Shown here: in pieces, positions 10,035-19,277 of the stretch
Layout of the letters: each line of letters starts with the position of its first letter
How positions within the stretch are numbered: position 1 is the first letter of the stretch
From: an uncultured Methanosarcinales archaeon
GTDB taxonomy: Archaea > Nanobdellota > Nanobdellia > Woesearchaeales > SKGA01
Direction of reading: 5' to 3'
NCBI GenBank assembly: GCA_964428395.1
Contig: CAYRYB010000005.1
Location: 6,414 to 70,413, forward strand
DNA length: 64,000 nt
Position numbers and translations under genes: made by a program
The notes under the pieces: model-generated
Seen by the model: only the letters and a program-made list of their open reading frames with translations
Told to the model about the DNA's origin: nothing
Database searches by the model: none

Positions 10035-10145
10035 TTTTCTTTACATGATGTTTGACTTGTCGAAGCTTTATCTAAAAATATCTTTTGCTGACAGACGGGT
10101 TATGTTGTTTATCTTATTTTCTTTCTGTGCTAGCATGTATACATC

Positions 10146-11297
10146 TTGTTAGCATGCACAAATCTTATTCGCAATACTATTGCGCATACTATTTTATTCG
10201 CAATGATTATAAACTCGCTTTTCCTTCCAAATCGTGTTATGACATTACAAACAATCCTTAGTACAACCTTTTGGGAAAATAGCATTTTACAATGGTTAAT
10301 TTTCATTGGCATTTTGATAGGTGCTTTTTTTGCTATAAAACTACTTTACTTTCTCTTCTCAAAAATATTTAAAGTTCTCACCGCAAAAACGACATCTCTT
10401 TTAGATGATTTTTTAGTAGATGCTCTTCAAGGTCCCCTTGTTTTTGCAGTTGTTTTAGGAGCACTTCATTTTGGAAAAGAAGTACTCCTCTTCGGCGCTG
10501 CAGCAAACACTCTTTATGGAAAACTTTTTGGAACGCTTGTTGCAATAGATATAACTTGGTTACTTGTGCGAATTACAAATGTTCTTTTGGCGCATTTTGT
10601 TCAACCACTAACAAAAAAAACAAAAATACCTCTTAACAATACTTCTTATCCTGTGCTTAAACGCCTCATCAATTTTTTTATCTATCTTTTGGCAATTGTT
10701 GTTATCATACAAAACCTTGGCTTTCAAGTAGGCAGTCTTCTTGCAGGTTTAGGAATAGGAGGTCTTGCTTTTGCTCTTGCAGCGCAGGATATTTTGGGTA
10801 ATATGTTTGGGGGCATAGCACTTATCACTGATAAACCATTTAAAGTAGGGGATAGGATACTTGTTGATGATCGGGATGGCTTTGTAAAAAAAATAGGTCT
10901 TCGCACAACAACCCTTGAAACATTTGATGGTACAACAATTGTGCTTCCCAACAAAAAGATAGCAGACTCAACGTTAGAAAACATTAGTCAAGAACCAACA
11001 CGAAGAACAAAAATTGTCTTAGGCGTTGAATATACTACTTCAACAAAAAAATTGCAACAAGCAAAAAAACTTTTAGCTAGTATTATCAAAAAAAATGTGA
11101 GTACAACGGATAAAAGTCTAATACATTTTGTTGCTTTTGGACCCTCAAGTTTAGACATACAACTCATTTATTGGATAAAAGATTTAAACAACATTTTAGG
11201 TGCGCGAGACGAAGTAAATTTTGCTATTAAAGAAGCGTTTGAGAAAGCAAACATAGAATTTGCTTATCCAAGTCAAACTATTTATGTAAAAAAGTGA
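10146..11297 (+). CDS. mscS: small-conductance mechanosensitive channel (MscS family)
   Basis: TM3 pore helix signature GIGGLAFALAAQDILGNMFGGIALITDKPFKVGDRI with a C-terminal beta domain. Confidence 0.8.
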   Translation: MLACTNLIRNTIAHTILFAMIINSLFLPNRVMTLQTILSTTFWENSILQWLIFIGILIGAFFAIKLLYFLFSKIFKVLTAKTTSLLDDFLVDALQGPLVFAVVLGALHFGKEVLLFGAAANTLYGKLFGTLVAIDITWLLVRITNVLLAHFVQPLTKKTKIPLNNTSYPVLKRLINFFIYLLAIVVIIQNLGFQVGSLLAGLGIGGLAFALAAQDILGNMFGGIALITDKPFKVGDRILVDDRDGFVKKIGLRTTTLETFDGTTIVLPNKKIADSTLENISQEPTRRTKIVLGVEYTTSTKKLQQAKKLLASIIKKNVSTTDKSLIHFVAFGPSSLDIQLIYWIKDLNNILGARDEVNFAIKEAFEKANIEFAYPSQTIYVKK

Positions 11298-11476
11298 TTC
11301 TCAGACTTGTTTTTGTTCTTGTAGCAGAATTTGAGTAAATCGTTTTCTTTAAGAAATAGTAACAAACCTTTATAAACCGATTTAGGTGAAGTAGAATTGT
11401 TTAGGTAAGGGTTACTAGGTTTTGTATCATTATTTATCGTTAATTCCCTAACACGTAAATAAAAAGAGGCATATGT

Positions 11477-13894
11477 ATGGATAAATCGACAGCGTTCATT
11501 CTTTGGTTTGATCAAATAGATATAGATGATATTCCCTTTGTTGGTGGAAAAAACGCATCACTTGGAGAAATGTATATTAACCTTACTCCACATGGAGTAA
11601 AAGTTTCCAATGGCTTTGCGATAACAGCTCATGCCTATCGCTACCTTTTAGAATATGCAGGTATCAAAGAAAACATCAAAGAAATTCTTTCTGATCTTGA
11701 TGCAACTGATGTTACTAATATTGCAGAGCGAGGAAGAAAAGTTCGACATCTCATTAAAAATGCAGACTTTCCACCAGAACTTCGCGGAGCAATCATTGAA
11801 GCATATAAAAATCTAGGGATACAATACGGCGAAAATCCTGATGTGGCTGTAAGAAGCAGTGCTACAGCCGAAGACTTGCCCGACGCAAGCTTTGCAGGAC
11901 AACAAGAAAGTTATCTTAATATTACTGGTCCAGAAGAACTTATTTTAGCTTGCAAGAAATGTTTTGCAAGTCTTTTTACTGACAGAGCAATTAGTTATCG
12001 CGTAGACAAGCATTTTGATCATTTTTCTATAGGACTATCCATTGGCGTACAAAAAATGGTGAGAAGTGATAAAGCAACCAGCGGTGTTATGTTTAGTATT
12101 GATACAGAAACGGGACTGCAAAACGTTATTTTCATCACAGGAGCTTATGGATTAGGAGAAAACGTTGTACAAGGAGCGGTCAATCCAGACGAATACTACG
12201 TTTTTAAACCAACATTACGTCAAGGAAAACGAGCAATCATTAACAAGAAGATAGGAACTAAAACCATCAAAATGATTTATGATCATGGGGGTAATAAACC
12301 CGTGAAAAACGTTGCGGTTGATATCACTGACAGAAAACGATTTTGTCTTTCTGATGACGAAGTATTAACACTTGCCAATTGGGCTCAAATCATTGAAGAT
12401 CACTATTCTTCAAAAGCAGGGAAGTTCAAACCAATGGATATGGAATGGGCAAAAGATGGTATTAGCGGAGACCTTTATATTGTTCAAGCAAGACCTGAAA
12501 CGGTGCAATCACAAAAGAATACTAGTGTTTTACAAACGTATCGCATGACACAAGAAGGAAAAATTCTTATAACGGGTAGAAGTGTTGGACAAAAAATAGG
12601 TGCAGGACCTGCGCGTGTTATTCGCAATGTTCATAATATTCACGAATTTAAAAAAGGAGAAGTACTCATTACAGAAATGACTGACCCTGATTGGGAGCCC
12701 ATTATGAAAATAGCTAGCGCTATTGTTACAAACAGAGGTGGACGAACCTGCCATGCAGCAATAATTAGCAGAGAATTAGGAATACCTTGTGTTGTTGGAA
12801 CAGAAAACGGAACAGAAAAACTTCAAACGGGAATGCGCGTAACTGTTGATTGTAGCAAAGGAGATACTGGCTATGTTTATGAAGGACAGTTGACCTATAA
12901 CATTGAAGAAGTAAAACTTGACACGCTTCCAAAAACAAAAACAAAAATAATGATGAACGTGGGCAATCCCGAGCAAGCATTTGAAGAAAGCTTTATACCT
13001 AATGATGGTGTCGGTCTTGCTCGAGAAGAATTCATTATTAATTCAGAGATAAAAATACACCCACTCGCACTTGTCCACTACAATGAACTTGTAGATGCTG
13101 AAGACAAAAGAAAAATAGATGAACTTACTACAGGATACACTGACAAGAAAAACTATTTTGTGGAAAAATTAGCACAAGGAATCGCAAAGATTGCAGCAGG
13201 ATTTTATCCGAAACCGGTCATTCTTCGAATGAGTGATTTTAAAAGTAACGAATATGCAAATCTTATTGGTGGAAAGCAATTTGAGCCAAAAGAAGATAAT
13301 CCTATGATTGGCTGGCGAGGAGCAAGTAGATATTACAAAGGAAACTATGTTGAAGGATTTGCTTTGGAATGTCAAGCAATACTTAAAGTTCGCAATGATT
13401 TTGGTCTTACCAACGTGGAAGTGATGGTGCCTTTTTGTCGTACCATACAAGAAGCACATAATGTTCTTTCAGAAATGGCAAAAAATGGTCTTCGACAAGG
13501 AGAAAACGGTCTGCGCGTTATAGGAATGTGCGAAATACCTTCAAATGTTATTCTTGCAGATCAATTCCTTGATATTTTTGATGGGTTCTCTATCGGTAGT
13601 AATGATTTAACACAACTCACGCTGGGTTTGGACAGAGACTCAGAAATTCTCAGCGATATTTACGACGAGAGAAATGAAGCGGTAAAAATACTTATTAAGC
13701 AAGTCATTGAAACAGCGAATAGAAAAGGCAAATATATAGGAATTTGTGGACAAGCACCAAGTGATTATGAAGACTTTGCAGAGTTCCTTGTTGAAAATGG
13801 CATACAATCTATAAGTTTAAATCCGGACACCGTTATACGAACAACATTAAAAATAGCGGACAAGGAAAAACAACTTGGGATAAACCCAGAATAA
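11477..13894 (+). CDS. ppsA: phosphoenolpyruvate synthase (pyruvate, water dikinase)
   Basis: 805 aa with the phospho-His domain GGRTCHAAIISRELGIPCVVG and a C-terminal PEP-utilising TIM barrel. Confidence 0.9.
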   Translation: MDKSTAFILWFDQIDIDDIPFVGGKNASLGEMYINLTPHGVKVSNGFAITAHAYRYLLEYAGIKENIKEILSDLDATDVTNIAERGRKVRHLIKNADFPPELRGAIIEAYKNLGIQYGENPDVAVRSSATAEDLPDASFAGQQESYLNITGPEELILACKKCFASLFTDRAISYRVDKHFDHFSIGLSIGVQKMVRSDKATSGVMFSIDTETGLQNVIFITGAYGLGENVVQGAVNPDEYYVFKPTLRQGKRAIINKKIGTKTIKMIYDHGGNKPVKNVAVDITDRKRFCLSDDEVLTLANWAQIIEDHYSSKAGKFKPMDMEWAKDGISGDLYIVQARPETVQSQKNTSVLQTYRMTQEGKILITGRSVGQKIGAGPARVIRNVHNIHEFKKGEVLITEMTDPDWEPIMKIASAIVTNRGGRTCHAAIISRELGIPCVVGTENGTEKLQTGMRVTVDCSKGDTGYVYEGQLTYNIEEVKLDTLPKTKTKIMMNVGNPEQAFEESFIPNDGVGLAREEFIINSEIKIHPLALVHYNELVDAEDKRKIDELTTGYTDKKNYFVEKLAQGIAKIAAGFYPKPVILRMSDFKSNEYANLIGGKQFEPKEDNPMIGWRGASRYYKGNYVEGFALECQAILKVRNDFGLTNVEVMVPFCRTIQEAHNVLSEMAKNGLRQGENGLRVIGMCEIPSNVILADQFLDIFDGFSIGSNDLTQLTLGLDRDSEILSDIYDERNEAVKILIKQVIETANRKGKYIGICGQAPSDYEDFAEFLVENGIQSISLNPDTVIRTTLKIADKEKQLGINPE

Positions 13895-13931
13895 AAAATT
13901 TACATAAAGTAATTGATACATAAAAAATTAA

Positions 13932-14936
<1,005 letters not shown>

Positions 14937-14948
14937 GGAAAGAAAAAA

Positions 14949-15224
14949 ATGATGAGATTTAAGGTAGCACCATTGTCAGGATCTTTCATGCTTGTTGCAA
15001 TTTTTGGTTTTCTTTTTAGTTTAATGGTGCTTGCAAAAGCATCGCCGACTTGGGCATTAACCATAGGGTTTCTTAGCATCATAGCGTTTATTGCTTCTGT
15101 TATTAGTATGACCTATAGTCCTGTCGAAGAAGAACTTTTACTTGACGAACATCATTCTCTTCGAGACAAAAGGGTTCGCATAGAATGGCCAACTAAAAAA
15201 TCTTCAAAGAAAAAGAAAAAATGA
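14949..15224 (+). CDS. small membrane protein with a K-rich tail
   Basis: Two hydrophobic helices followed by a KKSSKKKKK terminus. It overlaps the next gene by 4 nt. Confidence 0.4.
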   Translation: MMRFKVAPLSGSFMLVAIFGFLFSLMVLAKASPTWALTIGFLSIIAFIASVISMTYSPVEEELLLDEHHSLRDKRVRIEWPTKKSSKKKKK

Positions 15225-16252
15225 ATCAAAATAAAATAAGTCAATATTTTTTCATTATTGCGGCGGTTGTTGCGATTTTAGATGGTGCATTTACACTTGA
15301 TTACACTATGCGATCATTAAAATTTATTTTACTAGTTTTTTCAGGAATAATTGTAGGTGCACTACGTGCGTGCAAACAAAGAGAATTTCTTTTAAGTAGT
15401 GTTGCAGTTATCATTACAGGATTTATACTTACTGAAACACTTCCAACCACGCTTTCAAGCTTTTCTATCATGATATATAATTTTGTTATTTTTCTTTCGG
15501 CAGCAACCGTCGTTGTTGGTATAGAGCAAATTGCGAACATACTAACCATCCCTCACGAAGAAGAGCCAACTCCTAAAGAACATTTTGAAAAATTTAAAAA
15601 ACTTACCTCTCCAGAAATCAAACATTTAACCTTTGAATATATTTGGGGCGTTATTATTCTCATAGCTGTTGCTTTAACCTTTATTGTTCTTTTAGCAGAA
15701 TCATTTTTTGATGTTTCAATGTATGCTAACATACTTTTAGTAGTAGAATCACTTATTACTCTTCTCTTTATTATTGACGTTGTGTTACTTTACGAGAAAT
15801 CTAAAAGTTTTTCAGAGTTTATCTATAAAAATATTTTTGATATCATTGCAGCAATACCTGCAGTTGGCGTTCTTCAAGGATTAAAACTTATCCGTGCAGT
15901 AAGAATAATCCGCGTTATGAAAAGTGGTATAAAAGTTACTAAAATGACTAAAATGTACAAAACGACAAAATTTTTTAGTGAAGAAAGTGATTTTAACAAA
16001 GTAAACAATTATCAAAGTAAAAAATCGACCTTGACAAGAAAAACTCACCCAAAGAAAAAAGGAAAAGTAAATTCAAGAGCTAATTCAAAAGCAAATCCAA
16101 AAACCAAAACGAGAATAAAAACAGTTTCTGTAAAGAAGAAAAGTCCTGCAAAAAAGAAGGTAAGAAAACAATCTGTAAACAAAAAAAAGTTGACCGCAAA
16201 AAAAAGACCTTCTCAAAAAAGGAAAACACATAAAACGCGCAGCAAACGATAA
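15221..16252 (+). CDS. ion-transport-family membrane protein with an S4-like voltage-sensor helix and an ~80-aa Lys/Arg-rich tail
   Basis: LKLIRAVRIIRVMKSGIKV carries a basic residue every third position, like an S4 helix. No GYGD selectivity filter was seen. The C-terminal third is almost pure K/R/S/T. Confidence 0.55.
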   Translation: MNQNKISQYFFIIAAVVAILDGAFTLDYTMRSLKFILLVFSGIIVGALRACKQREFLLSSVAVIITGFILTETLPTTLSSFSIMIYNFVIFLSAATVVVGIEQIANILTIPHEEEPTPKEHFEKFKKLTSPEIKHLTFEYIWGVIILIAVALTFIVLLAESFFDVSMYANILLVVESLITLLFIIDVVLLYEKSKSFSEFIYKNIFDIIAAIPAVGVLQGLKLIRAVRIIRVMKSGIKVTKMTKMYKTTKFFSEESDFNKVNNYQSKKSTLTRKTHPKKKGKVNSRANSKANPKTKTRIKTVSVKKKSPAKKKVRKQSVNKKKLTAKKRPSQKRKTHKTRSKR

Positions 16253-16275
16253 AACTATAAATACTTCTTTTTTAT

Positions 16276-17226
16276 ATGACTCTTATGAAACACAAGCCAT
16301 CAGTTATACTTCTTCTCATCGTCTTTTTTGTCATAGCTCAATTTGTAGGATTGCTACTCATTGACCATGCAGCAACTCCTGCTCCCTTATCAAACAATCA
16401 AACGCGCGTTGTCACCTTTGCTGAAACTGCTGCAGGACCAAGACCACAACTTACAGGTATGGGTACTATTATTTACCTTCTTGTGGGAATAGCTGTTGCA
16501 ACAGCACTTCTTTTAGGTCTTATTAAATTGAAGTTCGGAGGAAAACTATGGAAGCTTTGGTATTTTCTAGCAGTCGTTACTGCTTTAACTATTGCTTTTG
16601 GTGTTTTTTTACCCAAACTAGTTGCATTACTCATAGCAATACTTTTTGCACTCTTTAAAATAATAAAATATAATTTTTTCGTGCATAATTTCTCTGAATT
16701 GTTTATGTATGCAGGTCTTGCTGTGCTACTTGCACCCTTACTTACTGTTTTTTGGGCAATTATCTTGCTTTTAGCAATATCGCTCTATGATGCTTATGCT
16801 GTTTGGAAAAGTAAACATATGATAAAACTTGCACAATTTACCACAAAACAAGACCTTTTTGCAGGACTAATAGTAAAATATACTGATAGAACAGTAAAAA
16901 AGAGTCACAACAAAAAAAACAAGAAATCTGAGCATCAATCAAATAAGAAAATAAAAACGCAATCTCGTCAAGCAATATTAGGTGGCGGAGATATTGTTTT
17001 TCCACTTCTTTTTTTAGGAACAATACTTATTCATCTCTTACAAATAGGCTTTTCAAAAACACAAGCATTAGCTTTAAGCAGTATTGTTCTTGTTGTTATA
17101 ACAGGAAGCTTAACGTTGCTCTTTGTAAAAGGAAAGAAAGAAAAGTATTATCCTGCCATGCCTTTTTTAACAATAGGTTGTCTTGCAGGATATATTTTGC
17201 TGGAGGCAATATTGCGTGTTTTATGA
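16276..17226 (+). CDS. presenilin/signal-peptide-peptidase-like intramembrane aspartyl protease (PSH family)
   Basis: YD motif (LYDAYAVW), GxGD motif (LGGGDIVFP) and a PAL-like motif (YYPAMPFL) occur in the expected TM helices. A K-rich cytoplasmic loop lies between them. Confidence 0.7.
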   Translation: MTLMKHKPSVILLLIVFFVIAQFVGLLLIDHAATPAPLSNNQTRVVTFAETAAGPRPQLTGMGTIIYLLVGIAVATALLLGLIKLKFGGKLWKLWYFLAVVTALTIAFGVFLPKLVALLIAILFALFKIIKYNFFVHNFSELFMYAGLAVLLAPLLTVFWAIILLLAISLYDAYAVWKSKHMIKLAQFTTKQDLFAGLIVKYTDRTVKKSHNKKNKKSEHQSNKKIKTQSRQAILGGGDIVFPLLFLGTILIHLLQIGFSKTQALALSSIVLVVITGSLTLLFVKGKKEKYYPAMPFLTIGCLAGYILLEAILRVL

Positions 17227-17256
17227 GATTTATTGTTTGCTTTATGAGGTTACCGT

Positions 17257-17403
17257 ATGAATACAAATATATTTTTGGAATTATTTAATCATCTTCACCA
17301 TATTAGCGCGTCTGGTTGGCTTCTTATTACACTCATTTTTGCATTGTCTTTAGGGTTCTTTATTTCTGCCTATCGCTCATTTAAACGTCGAAAAATCCGT
17401 TGA
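17257..17403 (+). CDS. possible small membrane protein (48 aa)
   Basis: ATG...TGA ORF read from the sequence (MNTNIFLELFNHLHHISASGWLLITLIFALSLGFFISAYRSFKRRKIR). It falls below the track's length cut-off. Confidence 0.3.
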   Translation: MNTNIFLELFNHLHHISASGWLLITLIFALSLGFFISAYRSFKRRKIR

Positions 17404-17465
17404 AAAAAATTAAAAAGACAATTTACCTGCATATTTATAAAGGAATTCTTCTTTATACTTCTTGG

Positions 17466-17730
17466 CTATGCTGGGTGGTTGATCCTCACCTGTAACGCCA
17501 AGTGGATCGTTGGGCGAGCAGAAGTAGCGGGGGCGGCAAGAATAGTGTGTTGCAGTCTTTTAGGAATTGTTGATACTCTGTCCTGTTTGGTCGTTATATT
17601 CATCAATCTGGTCAGGCCTTGACGGGAGCAGCCATACGTGGACGTATTGGCGTTTATAGGGTTGCAGAGAGAAGAGACCCAAAAGAGTATACTGTGCGTG
17701 TTATTATTTGTCCACCCTGCTACACGCCAC
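17466..17730 (+). ncRNA. signal recognition particle RNA (7S/SRP RNA)
   Basis: The GC-rich ORF-free segment contains the helix-8 motif CUGGUCAGGCC-UUGA-CGGGAGCAGCC at 17608-17633 (compare E. coli 4.5S GGUCAGGUCC-GGAA-GGAAGCAGCC). The 5' GCTGGGTGG (17470-17478) pairs with the 3' CCACCCTGC (17712-17720) as helix 1. A TATA-like TTTATAAA sits about 25 nt upstream and a T6 run at 17731-17736 follows. Confidence 0.6.
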
Positions 17731-17841
17731 TTTTTTATTAAGTTTTATTCTATTGCAAAATGATTCTGCTTTTAGCTTCTTTTTTCTTTACATTTTTAGA
17801 ACGTTATGCTTACAAAAGATGTATTGTGTTTATTTTTAAGT

Positions 17842-18516
17842 TTATTTTTTTGCAGAAATCAATGATCGTACTAAAAACTGTTGAATAGATTCTTCAGAAA
17901 TATCTTCTGGGCTACATTTTGTTTGTGCAAATAATTGTTTTTCCAACGAAAAAAATCCTTTCTTAATTATTGTCGCTTGTTTGTTTGTTAAACGAAATTT
18001 CAATGGCTTTTTTTTATAACGCTCTTCTAAATCAATAAAACGATTGCTTAATGATAAAACGGATTCTGGACCAACACGATAATCAGCATATGCACAAATC
18101 TTTACCGCCCAATCATCATTTTCTATTATTTGCAAAATCTTATCATTTTTAGCACTTTCCAAAACATTACGAATACGCCTAGAAACACCAAGTTCATCAA
18201 GCATATTGCTGGTCGCTTCATCATCGAATTCTCCATATTTTTTTATAATTTGTTCCTTTATTGTCAACCATTCCTGACGTGGTTTTGTTTCGTACTGAAA
18301 AAATCGAGAACCCTGAAAACTTGTCTTAACAATATTTCCTAAGTCATGTAATAACATTACTGCGCATACCAAATTCTCATCTGCAGGTAACTGACATCGA
18401 CGAACTAAAAAACGAGCAACAGCTGCTGTTCGCAATAAATGATTACGAATACTGTTTGTCACAAAAAAACGATCGTAAATCTCATTATGATGAGCAATGA
18501 TATCTTGAGCATTCAT
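17842..18516 (-). CDS. HD-domain metal-dependent phosphohydrolase
   Basis: HD motif (VMLLHDLGN) with the His/Asp ladder. Confidence 0.7.
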   Translation of the reverse strand: MNAQDIIAHHNEIYDRFFVTNSIRNHLLRTAAVARFLVRRCQLPADENLVCAVMLLHDLGNIVKTSFQGSRFFQYETKPRQEWLTIKEQIIKKYGEFDDEATSNMLDELGVSRRIRNVLESAKNDKILQIIENDDWAVKICAYADYRVGPESVLSLSNRFIDLEERYKKKPLKFRLTNKQATIIKKGFFSLEKQLFAQTKCSPEDISEESIQQFLVRSLISAKK

Positions 18517-19169
18517 CTAAAAAACCTCTTAATTGCAGGATACAATTGTTTATGCGTTGAAACAATTGTTGCCCACGAAGGAATATCTTTTCTCTTTTCA
18601 GACGTGAGCAAGCATAAACAATGAATTCCTGCACGCTTTGCAGCAATAACGCCTGCTTTGGTATCTTCGATAATGAGACAATCCTTCTTTGTAAGATGCA
18701 GTTTTTTTTGCGCGTGCAAGAAAATCTCGGGATTGGGCTTTGCATGTTTTACCTCGCTACTTGAAATTATTGCATCAAAATAATCCAAAAGGTTGTTGTG
18801 TTTTAGAATTGTTTTTACATACGAAATATGTGATGATGAAGCAACAACCATGCTGTAACCATCCTTTCTTAATTTTTTCAAAACAGTTTTAACATAAGAA
18901 AACGTTTTAATTTTTGACAAGTCTGCCTGATACTTTGACAAATGACTTTTTTTTATTGCTTTTTGTAATGGTTTTTCGTTTCCTAGAAAATCTTGTAAAA
19001 TAGTATGATAAAATTCGTTTTCTTGAGAACCATCACAACGTTCTTCATAATACGCTCTTGTAAGATGAATGTTAAATTCTTGAGCAAACAATTTTTTGTG
19101 CCGACGAAAATGTACGGGAATAGAATTTACAAGTGTACCGTCCAAATCCCAAATAACACCCTTTTTCAA
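18513..19169 (-). CDS. HAD-superfamily hydrolase (beta-phosphoglucomutase/phosphatase-like)
   Basis: Motif I VIWDLDGTLVNS (DxDGT) and motif IV (IIEDTKAGVIAAKRAG). Confidence 0.75.
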   Translation of the reverse strand: MKKGVIWDLDGTLVNSIPVHFRRHKKLFAQEFNIHLTRAYYEERCDGSQENEFYHTILQDFLGNEKPLQKAIKKSHLSKYQADLSKIKTFSYVKTVLKKLRKDGYSMVVASSSHISYVKTILKHNNLLDYFDAIISSSEVKHAKPNPEIFLHAQKKLHLTKKDCLIIEDTKAGVIAAKRAGIHCLCLLTSEKRKDIPSWATIVSTHKQLYPAIKRFFR

Positions 19170-19277
19170 TTACTCACCTTGCCTTTTCTTTTGTAAACGT
19201 TTATATCATTTATTTTACTATCTAATTTTGCTTGTTTTCTTTTTTATACTTTATTGTTGATATTTGTTTGTGAGTAC

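Noticed and set aside
10040-10100. Possible C/D-box sRNA (ATGATGT ... CTGA) upstream of mscS
   Set aside because: It has no internal D'/C' pair and no terminal stem. The single box-like words are expected by chance in AT-rich DNA.
10120-10155. Near-palindromic GTGCTAGCATG ... TAGCATGCAC element at the mscS 5' end
   Set aside because: It is only a short direct repeat (TAGCATG twice) around a GCATGC site and not a true inverted repeat. It could be a minor operator but is not compelling.
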